32,000 nt of DNA from Saccharolobus solfataricus (GTDB taxonomy: Archaea > Thermoproteota > Thermoprotei_A > Sulfolobales > Sulfolobaceae), in assembly GCF_900079115.1 (NCBI RefSeq), contig NZ_LT549890.1, positions 360,001-392,000 on the forward strand, in the 5' to 3' direction. Shown here piece after piece: positions 10,604 to 19,975 of the stretch. Position 1 is the stretch's first letter. Each line of letters begins with the position of its first letter. A model generated the notes under the pieces. The model had not been told where the DNA came from, did not search any database, and saw nothing but the letters and a program-made list of their open reading frames with translations. Both the position numbers and the translations under genes were made by a program.

Positions 10604-11485
10604 ATGGTGAAAAAGTTTATGCTTATAGCTTTAGTCCATTTAAGGCTTAAAGAATTGTCAAGGAAACATAATCTAGAGAAAGCTAAAAAACTAATAAGAC
10701 AAGCAAAAGATAAAGGTGCAAAATTAGTTATACTACCTTCTCTGTTCCCTTCTGGAAACATGTTTGAAATATACGATAACGACAAAAAGCTAAGAAGTTT
10801 TATTAAAAACCTTGCAGAAAAAATTCCTGGTAACAATACTGATACTCTAATAAATCTCGCTATGGATGGGGAGGTTCATGTAATAGTTGGTCCTATTTTG
10901 GAACAAGCTGGCCCTAAAATATTCCTTACTTCCCTTATAATATCGCCACAAGGAGAGATTATAGGGAAATATAGGAAAACTGTGTTATCTGAAAAGGATA
11001 TAAGGCTGGGCATATCGGCGGGAAAAGAACCAGTTAATGTAGTTCTTGATAGAAAATATGGTATTATCGCTGAGGACGATATTTTCTCGCCAGAGATCAG
11101 CAGACTACTAGCTATGGGAGGTTCAGAAATAGTTATTGGTACAATGAAGGCCCTGGGAAAAGAGCAGCAGGTTATAAAACATCTTGCCATAGCAAGGACC
11201 ATAGAGAACGGAATACCTTATTTGATAGTAGGGGAAAGTATAGAGGATGAAGAGGGAGAAATTATAGGATACTCGCCAACTTTCATTACCTCTCCAGATA
11301 ATTTGATAAGCAAGGAGGCTGAAGAAGATGATAGTTTACTATTTGTCGAAAGCTCAATCTTGTCATCGTCAAAACAAACGTCATTAACTTATCTAGAACC
11401 GATAATAAACGGTCTTTGTAAAGGTGTAAAAAAGATTAAAGGGGAGGCAAAGAAGAGATCTGCTTCTACAATGGAAGAGGAGTAA
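10604..11485 (+). CDS. Carbon-nitrogen hydrolase (nitrilase superfamily) homologue, predicted catalytically inactive
   Basis: 293 aa that align with CN-hydrolase blocks: KLVILPSLF (normally ...PE.F), GKYRKTVL (Lys kept) and [13 protein letters not shown] (normally G..IC.D..FPE). The catalytic Glu and Cys are both missing. The ATG lies 2 nt after the rgy stop. Confidence 0.7.
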   Translation: MVKKFMLIALVHLRLKELSRKHNLEKAKKLIRQAKDKGAKLVILPSLFPSGNMFEIYDNDKKLRSFIKNLAEKIPGNNTDTLINLAMDGEVHVIVGPILEQAGPKIFLTSLIISPQGEIIGKYRKTVLSEKDIRLGISAGKEPVNVVLDRKYGIIAEDDIFSPEISRLLAMGGSEIVIGTMKALGKEQQVIKHLAIARTIENGIPYLIVGESIEDEEGEIIGYSPTFITSPDNLISKEAEEDDSLLFVESSILSSSKQTSLTYLEPIINGLCKGVKKIKGEAKKRSASTMEEE

Positions 11486-11488
11486 TTT

Positions 11489-11821
11489 TTAAGATGCTGC
11501 TATATATATTTCTAATCTTCTATTCTTAGAATATAACTTTACTACGTTTTGGTTTTCTAACTCCTTTAGTATTTTTCTAGCTACACTAATGCTTATTCCC
11601 GATTTGGTAGCTAAGGCGTACGGGGTTATGATACTCTCCTTCTTTATTTCATCTAGAACTTTCTTTTTAGTTTCTTCATCTATAGTTACAGCTCTACTAA
11701 TTATCTCTTTCCCAGTTTTAGACGGACCCTTCTTTTTCTCCTCTGCCTTCTGTTGTTTTTCAGCTTCCTTCTTTAATCTCTTTTCCATTGTTGAAATAGG
11801 TTTCTTCGAAGCTCCACCCAT
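11489..11821 (-). CDS. rps25e: 30S ribosomal protein S25e
   Basis: 110 aa. A Lys-rich N-terminal tail is followed by a winged-helix part ITPYALATKSGISISVARKILKELE, typical of S25e. Confidence 0.88.
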   Translation of the reverse strand: MGGASKKPISTMEKRLKKEAEKQQKAEEKKKGPSKTGKEIISRAVTIDEETKKKVLDEIKKESIITPYALATKSGISISVARKILKELENQNVVKLYSKNRRLEIYIAAS

Positions 11822-11869
11822 CTCTTACTCACTATGCTTTAAATTCCAATTCTGCCTAATAAATTATAG

Positions 11870-12601
11870 ATGTCATCTGAATTATTAGAAGAGACCATAA
11901 GCAGAGTATCAAAGTTTGCTTCAATTTTTGGAATATCAAAATCGGAATTAAAAGTTTATTCATATCTCTTAATATATGGACGAGCAACTGCGAGAGAAGT
12001 CTCAAACAAGTTAAGCTTACCATACACTAAAGTATATAATGTCCTATCTAAACTAGAGGGAAGAGGGTGGGTTATAAAAATAGATAAGAGACCCGCAGTG
12101 TACGAGGCAATTCCTTTAAGAGATGTTTGGAATAAGATTAAAATTACTTTTCAAGAAAAATTGGACGAATTTGAAAAACAATTTATCGAGCCGATATCTA
12201 GTATTTTCTCCTCAAATATGGCATATAATATAGTTGTTATACCAAGAGATAATATTATGGATAATGCACTAAGACTACTCAAGGACTACAGCAAGATGTA
12301 TTTAGTTGCAATATCCTATCAAGAGTTCGTAAGAAGCGATATTATAGATATATTAAGGGCTAATTCGCTTAAAGCAGAGACTAAAATAATAGTCGACAAA
12401 AGCGTTAATTTACCAGATATCTCATCAGCTCAAGTTAAGAGAGCTCAATCGCTATTTGGCAGTGGTATAATCACATCTGACTCAATTCTCCTAGTCATAA
12501 AGAATAATGATATATTAACTGGTCTATTTTCAAATCATAAATATCTAATAGACATCGGCACAGTATATTTTAATCACTTATGGTCTACATTACCGGGATA
12601 A
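11870..12601 (+). CDS. TrmB-family transcriptional regulator
   Basis: 243 aa. The N-terminal wHTH ELKVYSYLLIYGRATAREVSNKLSLPYTKVYNVLSKLEGRGWV is typical of TrmB/COG1378. TTTAAAT lies about 27 nt upstream of the ATG. Confidence 0.75.
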   Translation: MSSELLEETISRVSKFASIFGISKSELKVYSYLLIYGRATAREVSNKLSLPYTKVYNVLSKLEGRGWVIKIDKRPAVYEAIPLRDVWNKIKITFQEKLDEFEKQFIEPISSIFSSNMAYNIVVIPRDNIMDNALRLLKDYSKMYLVAISYQEFVRSDIIDILRANSLKAETKIIVDKSVNLPDISSAQVKRAQSLFGSGIITSDSILLVIKNNDILTGLFSNHKYLIDIGTVYFNHLWSTLPG

Positions 12602-12644
12602 CTCTTATAAATGTTATAAAATTAACTATGCTATTTGAGTTTCT

Positions 12645-12797
12645 ATGAAAATAATAACGGTAAAACTACCAGAGCAGTTTCTGGAAGCAATAGACGAATT
12701 AGTTAATACGGGTAGATATGGTTCTAGAAGTGAAGTCATAAGAGCAGCAATAGGGGATTTTATACGGAAAGAACTATGGATAACTACAGAAGAGTAG
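12645..12797 (+). CDS. Ribbon-helix-helix (CopG/NikR-N-like) DNA-binding protein, 50 aa (not in the ORF track)
   Basis: My translation is [50 protein letters not shown]. It shows the classic RHH pattern: a beta strand (ITVKLP), helix, G-x-(Y)-x-S-R-S-E, helix. TATA TTATAAAA (12614-12621) is centred about 27 nt upstream of the ATG, so the transcript is likely leaderless. The 71-aa minus-strand ORF at 12626..12841 is its shadow. Confidence 0.8.
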   Translation: MKIITVKLPEQFLEAIDELVNTGRYGSRSEVIRAAIGDFIRKELWITTEE

Positions 12798-12847
12798 ATG
12801 ATGAAGGCTGGTATTTTTGATAAAGTGAAATAAGACACCAAAGCTGA
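12798..12847 (+). ncRNA. C/D box sRNA candidate (degenerate C'/D')
   Basis: AUGAUGA (C, starting on the nt after the RHH TAG stop) - AGGCUGGUAUUU (12 nt) - UUGA (D') - UAAA - GUGAAAU (C', weak) - AAGACACCAAAG (12 nt) - CUGA (D). This is followed by ACC and a T6 tract. Confidence 0.6.
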
Positions 12848-12850
12848 ACC

Positions 12851-12856
12851 TTTTTT
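12851..12856 (+). terminator. T6 tract, likely archaeal terminator for the RHH/sRNA transcript
   Basis: TTTTTT lies 3 nt after the D box. Oligo-T tracts are the usual archaeal termination signal. Confidence 0.45.
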
Positions 12857-12897
12857 GTCAAGTAGAAAGATACTTAACTAACTATTTTTCCTATTAT

Positions 12898-13668
12898 ATG
12901 ATGCCATTAAACGAAGGAGATCCGGTAGTAATTTGGATAGATCCAAAAAGAGTATATATTTCCAAACTGGAAAGAGGCAAAAGGCTTGATACTGATAAGG
13001 GAGTAGTATTTTACGACAATTTAATAGGTCTTGAATATGGTACCTCACTAACCTTGAAAACTGGTGTTAAAGCCTACTTACTAAAACCTACTATCCAAGA
13101 TCTCTACTCCAAAGGGTTAAAGAGACCCTCACAAGTTCTATATCCTAAAGATATAGGATACATTTTAACTACCCTTTCACTAAATCAAGTAAAGACAGTT
13201 ATCGAAGCTGGAACTGGTTCTGGATTTCTTACAATCTCCTTAGCTTTAAGTTTAAGTGAGAACGCTAAGATCTATACTTATGATATAAGAGAAGATATGC
13301 AAAAAGTAGCTAAATTTAACGCAAATGTGTTGGGTGTTCAAGATAGGATAGTATTCAAATTGAAGGATATAAGGGAAGGTATAGACGAGAAGGAGGTAGA
13401 CGCAATTTTTCTAGATATGCCCGATCCATGGAACGCCATACCAAAGCTTTATGAGTCTCTGAAACCTTCGTCCACCATAATTATATTTGTTCCTACAGTA
13501 AATCAAATAGAGAAAACATACTTCGCAATGAAGAATTCTGGAATTATAGATATTCATGTAGAGGAACTTATCTTGAGGGAGTATCAAGTTAAAGAGAACG
13601 CTATAAGGCCTAGAAATATAGGTATCATGCATACGGGTTTTATTATTAGGGGAAGAAAATCAATATAA
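12898..13668 (+). CDS. trmI: tRNA (adenine57/58-N1)-methyltransferase TrmI (Gcd14 family)
   Basis: 256 aa. SAM-binding motif [12 protein letters not shown] and the hallmark [12 protein letters not shown] motif of TrmI/Gcd14. Confidence 0.88.
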   Translation: MMPLNEGDPVVIWIDPKRVYISKLERGKRLDTDKGVVFYDNLIGLEYGTSLTLKTGVKAYLLKPTIQDLYSKGLKRPSQVLYPKDIGYILTTLSLNQVKTVIEAGTGSGFLTISLALSLSENAKIYTYDIREDMQKVAKFNANVLGVQDRIVFKLKDIREGIDEKEVDAIFLDMPDPWNAIPKLYESLKPSSTIIIFVPTVNQIEKTYFAMKNSGIIDIHVEELILREYQVKENAIRPRNIGIMHTGFIIRGRKSI

Positions 13669-13692
13669 GGTACTGTTATTGGAGTATATTTG

Positions 13693-14025
13693 ATGAGTGA
13701 AGTTAAGTTTAACGCATATTCTAAAGCGATAATGGAGTTTGAGGATGAAATAAAGAGAATAAAGAAAGAGATAGCAGATGATAGTAAAAGATTAATCACC
13801 CTTTCGGATTCTTATCTTTCTGAGTTAAGGGCAACTGCTGAGAAATCATTAGGAGATGTTCAGAAATTATTGAACGATGAGAAAAAAAGGCAGTTAGATG
13901 AGATAAGAAATAAATATATTTCAGAACGAGAAAAACAATTAGAGGAGATAAGAAAAGAGGCTGAGAAGAATATCGATAAGGTTGTAAATGAGGTTATAAG
14001 GCAACTATTAGGTGTCTTTAAATGA
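13693..14025 (+). CDS. atpH: Probable A-type ATP synthase peripheral-stalk subunit H (coiled coil)
   Basis: About 110 aa. It is an almost uniform charged heptad coiled coil ending in NIDKVVNEVIRQLLGV, like the A/V-ATPase H/G stalk subunits. It overlaps the atpC-like gene by 4 nt. TTG at 13690 is an alternative start. Confidence 0.5.
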   Translation: MSEVKFNAYSKAIMEFEDEIKRIKKEIADDSKRLITLSDSYLSELRATAEKSLGDVQKLLNDEKKRQLDEIRNKYISEREKQLEEIRKEAEKNIDKVVNEVIRQLLGVFK

Positions 14026-15002
14026 GTTATGCGATCTATTCTTTTATACATTCAATTTCCAGAACGCAAAAGGTTTCATTATTAACAAAAGGTTTAGTTA
14101 ATGAATTAATAAGTAGTGAAAGTTGGAATAATGTTGCCTCTCTGCTTAAAGAAAGGGGAATAATTGAGGAACAACCAGCTAGTTTAGAAGATTTTGAATA
14201 CATGCTCAAGTCTAGATCTCTTACACTATTAGAAAAGATAAGGAATTACTTTTCAATTTTTAGAGTAACCTATAATATAGTTGACCTATATATTTATATG
14301 ATATCTCTAGACGAATTGAAAAACATAATAGTTAGTATAGTTAACGGCACTGGTAATGGAAATAGTAATAAAATAAGATTTTTTAGAAAGTACTTTGATC
14401 AAATACCATCTTCACTTGAGGAATTAATGAATAGTTTTAAGGGAAATGTATACGCTAATGCACTTTCATACGCCATTAAGGATGGACAGGGAAAAAATAT
14501 ATCCTATCTTCTATCGCTACTTGATATCTATTTCATAAAGAAACTATCAGAGATTATAGAAGGTTTCAAGGGAGATTGGAAAAGCCTTGCTGAAAATATA
14601 ATATGTTATTATAAAGATTACTATTCAATATCATTGGCAATTAAACATAAAACAGTAGAGAATACTGTTTGTAAAATCGGTACCGAGATACTTAAAGATC
14701 TCTCTTCTTCCACAAGTGATGCTGAAACACTTGATATTTTAAGACGAACTCAATACTCAAAGCTACTTAACGTAAATAGCACTTATGGGGCGCTCGCTAG
14801 CATGTATAGAATAGCGAGAATCAACGCCAGGAAGAACTCAGAGCTAGTATTTATGAGTTCTCCATTTAACCCTGCCTTAGCATTAGCATTAGCAGAACTA
14901 ATACGTCTTGATACGGAAGATATAATAAGTATAGCGAATGCGAAAAGCCTACGATTAAAGGAAGAAGAAATTAAGAATATGCTATCCTTCGAGATCATAT
15001 AA
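14022..15002 (+). CDS. atpC: Probable A-type ATP synthase subunit C (V-ATPase d / AC39 family)
   Basis: 326 aa. The N-terminus Y..I.SISRTQKVSLLTKGLVNELISSESWNNVASLL fits the AC39 opening pattern. Internally repeated lid-like segments are present (NIVDLYIYM...IVSIVNG and TEDIISIANAKSLRLKEEEI). Confidence 0.6.
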   Translation: MSYAIYSFIHSISRTQKVSLLTKGLVNELISSESWNNVASLLKERGIIEEQPASLEDFEYMLKSRSLTLLEKIRNYFSIFRVTYNIVDLYIYMISLDELKNIIVSIVNGTGNGNSNKIRFFRKYFDQIPSSLEELMNSFKGNVYANALSYAIKDGQGKNISYLLSLLDIYFIKKLSEIIEGFKGDWKSLAENIICYYKDYYSISLAIKHKTVENTVCKIGTEILKDLSSSTSDAETLDILRRTQYSKLLNVNSTYGALASMYRIARINARKNSELVFMSSPFNPALALALAELIRLDTEDIISIANAKSLRLKEEEIKNMLSFEII

Positions 15003-15320
15003 TATTTTCTCGTCCACTATATATTCGTCATCTTCTTTTATTATGGTCGATTCAGGTATCTGTGGGGGATTTGGCATATTTTCTATTGGTTTAGTTTTAC
15101 CTAAATATATCCATTTCAATTTGCCCCCAATTTTCTCTAATTTGTACCAATATTTCCCAATATAGATATATCTTTTACCATTTTTATATACAATATGATA
15201 AGGTTTTAGATAGACACCATATTCCTTTATCTTCGTATTATATTCGTAGACCATTACTTTAAGTTTGTCAATAATCATATCGAATTGCTTTTCGTTTACC
15301 TTAACTCTCATAACTATCAT
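14982..15320 (-). CDS. Hypothetical protein, Tyr/Lys-rich beta segment
   Basis: 112 aa. The central part is [40 protein letters not shown] do not recognise a family. It overlaps the atpC 3' end convergently by 21 nt. Confidence 0.5.
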   Translation of the reverse strand: MIVMRVKVNEKQFDMIIDKLKVMVYEYNTKIKEYGVYLKPYHIVYKNGKRYIYIGKYWYKLEKIGGKLKWIYLGKTKPIENMPNPPQIPESTIIKEDDEYIVDEKILYDLEG

Positions 15321-15368
15321 CTTTATTTTTATTATTTAAAATGCAATGATAATAATGGTCGATATTAC

Positions 15369-16349
15369 ATGCTCTACAGACGCATAGGTGATACTAACAT
15401 TACGGTATCTGAAATAGGTATAGGGGTATGGAGTTTGGTTACCGATTGGTGGGGAGCTGATACAAATAAGGCGGAGGATATAATAAGAAGGGCGTATGAA
15501 GTCGGAATTAATTTTTACGACACCGCGGACACCTATGGAGAGGGTAAGGGCGAGGAAATTATTGCAAAAGTTTTAGAGACTAAGAGAGATAATATAGTAA
15601 TATTAACTAAAATAGGATATGACTTTTATCATAAAGAGGGAGGTAAGATACGACAAAGATTTGATATACCATATCTTGAATTTGCTTTAAAGAGATCCCT
15701 AGAAAGATTAAGAACAGACTATATTGACATACTTATGATTCACAATCCTAAGATGAATGCTATCAAAAATCTAGAGATCCTATCTTTTCTTAGATCGTTA
15801 AAGAAAGATGGAATAATAAGAATGTATGGTGTCGCATTAGGCCCAACATTGGGTTGGGAAGAGGAGGGAATTGAGGCCATAAATATGGGTTACGAAAGTC
15901 TCGAGTATATATATAATATCATTGAGCAAAGACCAGGGAACAAGTTCCTAAAGTACGAGAAAGTAGGCCATATAATAAGGGTGCCGCATGCTTCTGACGT
16001 TCTAAATGAGGACAAATGGCCACTAATTTCTGATCCTAAGCTTCATAGGTCGTTAAAGGATATTAAATGGCTAAATGAAGGAATCAAGAGAAGCTTAAAA
16101 TTAAAGGAATTTGCAAGTTCTAAAGGAATGACGTTATCTGATCTAGCACTGAAGTTTATCCTCTCTAATAAGAACGTATCCACAGTGATTCCTAATATAA
16201 CTTCCATAAATGAATTGGAGAAATATGTAAAAGTTGAGAATTTGTCAATTCTTACTGAAGATGATTTAAAATATATTGGAGAATACTATAGGAAATATTA
16301 TGAAGATCTAAATGAGGATAGTATAAAAGAAACTTTAAGGTATAAGTAG
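15369..16349 (+). CDS. Aldo/keto reductase family oxidoreductase
   Basis: AKR motifs [21 protein letters not shown] and DILMIHNP. I chose ATG 15369 ([11 protein letters not shown]...) over the track start at 15285. The upstream 28 codons are AT-rich promoter-like sequence containing TATTTAAAA (15334-15342), about 27 nt before 15369. Confidence 0.88.
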   Translation: MLYRRIGDTNITVSEIGIGVWSLVTDWWGADTNKAEDIIRRAYEVGINFYDTADTYGEGKGEEIIAKVLETKRDNIVILTKIGYDFYHKEGGKIRQRFDIPYLEFALKRSLERLRTDYIDILMIHNPKMNAIKNLEILSFLRSLKKDGIIRMYGVALGPTLGWEEEGIEAINMGYESLEYIYNIIEQRPGNKFLKYEKVGHIIRVPHASDVLNEDKWPLISDPKLHRSLKDIKWLNEGIKRSLKLKEFASSKGMTLSDLALKFILSNKNVSTVIPNITSINELEKYVKVENLSILTEDDLKYIGEYYRKYYEDLNEDSIKETLRYK

Positions 16350-16377
16350 GTTATTTTATTAATTACTACTTATATAT

Positions 16378-16956
16378 TTATTCTTTTTCAGTATAACTCT
16401 CTAAGAATTCTGCAAATTTAGCAAAAGCCCTTGCCCTATGAGAGTACCTATTTTTCTCCTCTAATGACATCTCTGCGAAAGTTCTCTTTTCTCCTTCAGG
16501 TATAAATATAGGGTCAAATCCGAAACCTAAATTACCTCTAATCTCTTCAGAAATAGCTCCCTTTACGATCCCAATAAATGTTTTAATTATTTTTCCGTCA
16601 GTAAACGTTAGTGCAGTCATAAAATAGGCAGACCTATCTTTTATTCCTTCGAGCAATTTTAGTATACCTTTAAGCCCTATTGTATTCTTAACAAAATTAG
16701 TATAGGGACCAGGGAAATTCTGTAATGCTTGCACGAATAATCCGCTATCATCTACTATTAATGGCCTCCTAAATATCAAATATGCCAAATTTGCTGCAGT
16801 TCTAGATATTTCTTCTAAGTCATCACTTTGTATTTCTATTTTCTCTCCTCTCAGATGCTCTAACTCTATATTAAAATTCTTTGCAATTTCCTTCAGCTCT
16901 ATAAATTTATTTTCATTATTCGTTAATACTCCTATTTTTACGCCTCTCCTCAACAT
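16378..16956 (-). CDS. Non-canonical purine NTP pyrophosphatase (HAM1/RdgB/ITPase)
   Basis: 192 aa with [28 protein letters not shown] and SHRARA motifs of the HAM1 family. It overlaps the bud32 3' end by 41 nt. Confidence 0.88.
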   Translation of the reverse strand: MLRRGVKIGVLTNNENKFIELKEIAKNFNIELEHLRGEKIEIQSDDLEEISRTAANLAYLIFRRPLIVDDSGLFVQALQNFPGPYTNFVKNTIGLKGILKLLEGIKDRSAYFMTALTFTDGKIIKTFIGIVKGAISEEIRGNLGFGFDPIFIPEGEKRTFAEMSLEEKNRYSHRARAFAKFAEFLESYTEKE

Positions 16957-17587
16957 ATCTACCTCTCATCCTAATATCCTTTACTAGTTCTAATATCTCA
17001 TCAGTCTTTCTTCCCATGATTTTTCTGTAACCCTCTATAAATGCATCGTATATTATATCTTTAAAATCAGAATGTACACTTTCTAAAGATCTCAGAAATA
17101 CATGCAAATCTGTTGCGAAATCCTCCTCATCTTGAGTTCTTCTTGATAAGCCGAAATCTATTATGAAGATATCGTCATTTGTAGAGCTTAAAATTAGGTT
17201 ATTGGTAGTTAAATCACCGTGTGCTATTCCAATATTATGCAACTTTCCCGTAAGTTCCCCTATTCTCTTCCCAATATTAGGCAACAATTGTGTAGGATTA
17301 TTTGTGTTTATAATATCTTTTACTATCTCTCCTTCTATATATTCAATTACCAATAAATAATTATTAGGATCTATAAAAAGTACTGCGGGTACGTTCACGT
17401 CATTTTTCAGTGCAGTATAAATTATCTTTGCTTCTAGTATTGTCCTCTCATAGTTAATTTTGTGATCTAGTTCTGGATTTCTATAACTTTTCTTGATCCT
17501 TTGCTTAAATATTGCATGTATGCCTAAAAAATACCCTTCATATATGTTGGATTCTGCGCCACGCTTAATTAACCTTAATTTCTCCAA
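16916..17587 (-). CDS. bud32: KEOPS subunit Bud32 (Kae1-associated small RIO-like kinase)
   Basis: 223 aa. Kinase motifs [14 protein letters not shown] and IIDFGLS. It overlaps kae1 by 13 nt, the conserved partner arrangement. Confidence 0.9.
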
Positions 17588-18570
17588 GGAATATCAACCT
17601 CATCTACTCTCCATCTAGGCCTTATGTATGATTTATCAACGTCAATAAATACACCTTTAGATGCAGCTAACATACCGGCATAGGCTATCATCGCTCCGTT
17701 GTCTCCCGCAAATTCTGGAGGTACTATTTTGATTTGTACATTCCACTCTTTTCCTAACTCTTCTAATTTTTTTCTCAAACTCACACTTGCTGCTACTCCT
17801 CCAACTATCATTAATTCCTTCTTTGAGGTAAGCGCTAATGCCCTTTCCGTAGCCTCTAACAACATGTCAAATGCTATTTCCCTTACTGAGTAACAAATAT
17901 CTTCTAACTTTTCCTTGCCAACAACCCTTAAAGCTGCTGTAAGTAATCCGGAAAATGACATATCTTGACCTTTAACAACGTAAGGTAATTTAAGCAATTT
18001 ATTTCCCTTCTCTGCACAAATATCAATTACATGTATTCCATTTATAATATACGGTGGTGCCAAGCTCACCTCTCTTACAAATACATCCATCATGTTTCCT
18101 AATGCAATATCTAATGTCTCCCCAAAAACCCTAAATCTTCCTTTATAGAAAGTGGTTATTATCGTATTTCCACCTGAGAGGTATAAGATTAGAGGATCTC
18201 TGGCTTCAGTTGTTAAATACCCTATTTCAATATGTCCTATACCATGGTTTACTGGCACTAGTTTCTTATTATATTTCAATGCTATTGCTCTCGCTAGTGT
18301 AGCTCCAACTCTCAATGCTGGTCCTATACCTGGCCCTAAAGCTACCGCTATATAATTAATATCGTTTATACTAATTTTAGCCTTCTCTAAGGCTCTTCTT
18401 AATATAGTAGCTGAGACCTCAGCATGATGTTTTAATAGATCCCCAGGCTTCATACCCCCTTCTTTAGGAATAAAAGTATCCCTTTCATTCGCCAATATAT
18501 AAGGTGGCGAATCTCTTACTATTCCTACGCCGAAGGTGTGAGCAGTTGACTCAATACCTAATACAAACAT
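17575..18570 (-). CDS. kae1: tRNA N6-adenosine threonylcarbamoyltransferase Kae1 (KEOPS catalytic subunit)
   Basis: 331 aa. ASKHA fold N-terminus [14 protein letters not shown], metal-binding NHGIGHIE, and C-terminal GDNGAMIA. Confidence 0.95.
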
Positions 18571-18573
18571 ATT

Positions 18574-18801
18574 TTATCTTTTCTTAGAAGCGCCTATAAA
18601 CTCAGTGTAACCACACTTTCCACAAGACCATCTTTCATTTGGTTTTAGGTGATGAGCCATTATACTTCCACATCTAGGGCATTTCTTATTTTTCAGCTTT
18701 ACCTTATTCCCTTCGATCACGTAATAAGTCCTTACTATTGCTTTAACCTTTTGCTCCTTGGCCACCTTTGCTTCCTCCTTTCTTTTGTTTAGTTCCAGCA
18801 T
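18574..18801 (-). CDS. rps27ae: 30S ribosomal protein S27ae
   Basis: Zinc ribbon CPRCGS...CGKCGYTEF. The 5' 59 nt overlap rps24e. An internal GTG at 18765, preceded by AAGGAGGAA, would give a 63-aa product and is a plausible true start. Confidence 0.85.
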   Translation of the reverse strand: MLELNKRKEEAKVAKEQKVKAIVRTYYVIEGNKVKLKNKKCPRCGSIMAHHLKPNERWSCGKCGYTEFIGASKKR

Positions 18802-19105
18802 CTCTATCTAATAAATATTTTGGCTCAACTTTCTCTAATATTTCACGGGATTTATAAATATGTAATTTCACGTTACTTATGCCAGCTCCATAGCTTGTAG
18901 ATATCTTTCTTACCACTACTAAGTTTTCTTGGGAACCCAAAGCTTGAATTATTGCCTTTATTATATCTTTCCTGGATGGGGTTCCGCTCCCCATATGATA
19001 AACTTTTAATGAGATTTCACGCCTACCTATGACAGAATTTTGCATATCCCTTTCTATAATCCCTTCAGCCTTATCTGAGATCTTCACTTTAGCTTGAGAC
19101 TCCAT
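18743..19105 (-). CDS. rps24e: 30S ribosomal protein S24e
   Basis: 120 aa. The motifs [15 protein letters not shown]...GTPSRKDI and [11 protein letters not shown] are typical of S24e. It has a Gly/Lys-rich C-terminal tail. Confidence 0.88.
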   Translation of the reverse strand: MESQAKVKISDKAEGIIERDMQNSVIGRREISLKVYHMGSGTPSRKDIIKAIIQALGSQENLVVVRKISTSYGAGISNVKLHIYKSREILEKVEPKYLLDRDAGTKQKKGGSKGGQGAKG

Positions 19106-19171
19106 TCTATTTCACCATTTTTAAAAATACGTATCAATTTAAGGTTTACTGTTTTAAACGTTATCGCTTTA

Positions 19172-19975
19172 CTAAGCCCTTATTTCGCTTTTTAGGAGAT
19201 CCTTAGTGATCTCCCCCGCTACCGCTTTACCAGAAAGTACCATAGCTCCAAATATTGGCCCCATTCTAGGTAATCCCTTTACTTCGGTAACTGCCATTCC
19301 GGTAGCGTATAAACCTTCTGCAACCTTTCCAGTGTTAATTACTGTTAATTCTTCAGCCCTTTCGCTATATGCTGATTTTTCGCCAGGAATAACTATTCCT
19401 AATTCTGGTATTTTTCTCGCAGCTACTGATATTACTTCAGCGTCATGACCAGTTGCGTCAACTACAGCTTTAGCTGAAATAAATATAGGATCCACATGAA
19501 GGCTTGCCATTTGCGTTGCTGTCCACTCTACTGCCACTCCAGCTACTCTTAAAGGATTCTCTCTAAATATTACATCATCTACGGTAACTCCATGAATTAT
19601 TTTAGCACCAGCATCTATCGCGGCAGTGGCTAATTTGGCCATGAATTCAGCCGAATCCACAACGTAAACTCCCTCTTCTACTTCCTTTAACCTTATATTG
19701 ACTTCTCTTAGAATCTCGTCTGCGGGCTTTTCTATTATTAATTTATGGAATAGCATTGCCCCTCCGCCTATTCCTCCGCCGAAACTTAACCTTCTCTCAA
19801 ACACTAGCGTCTTTAATCCAGCTTTAGCTAGGTAGTAAGCTGCAGATAATCCAGATGGTCCTGCTCCTACTATTACAACATCAGACTCTACAAATTGGTA
19901 CCAATCTTCCATTGTTTCCTTAATTATGTACCTACTTATCTTGACTTCATCTACTTGCTTAATTTTAACTTCCAT
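19172..19975 (-). CDS. thi4: Thiazole biosynthesis enzyme Thi4 (archaeal His-type, non-suicide class predicted)
   Basis: 267 aa. FAD/NAD fold [17 protein letters not shown]. The segment SLHVDP stands where yeast THI4 has the sulfur-donor Cys (CMDP). DATGHDAEV is also present. TATA lies about 25 nt upstream, so the transcript is leaderless. Confidence 0.9.
   Translation of the reverse strand: MEVKIKQVDEVKISRYIIKETMEDWYQFVESDVVIVGAGPSGLSAAYYLAKAGLKTLVFERRLSFGGGIGGGAMLFHKLIIEKPADEILREVNIRLKEVEEGVYVVDSAEFMAKLATAAIDAGAKIIHGVTVDDVIFRENPLRVAGVAVEWTATQMASLHVDPIFISAKAVVDATGHDAEVISVAARKIPELGIVIPGEKSAYSERAEELTVINTGKVAEGLYATGMAVTEVKGLPRMGPIFGAMVLSGKAVAGEITKDLLKSEIRA

Noticed and set aside
12626-12841. 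71-aa minus-strand ORF
   Set aside because: The plus strand encodes a well-formed RHH protein with a correctly spaced TATA box, followed by a C/D box sRNA candidate. The minus ORF has no start context and a hydrophobic low-complexity product.
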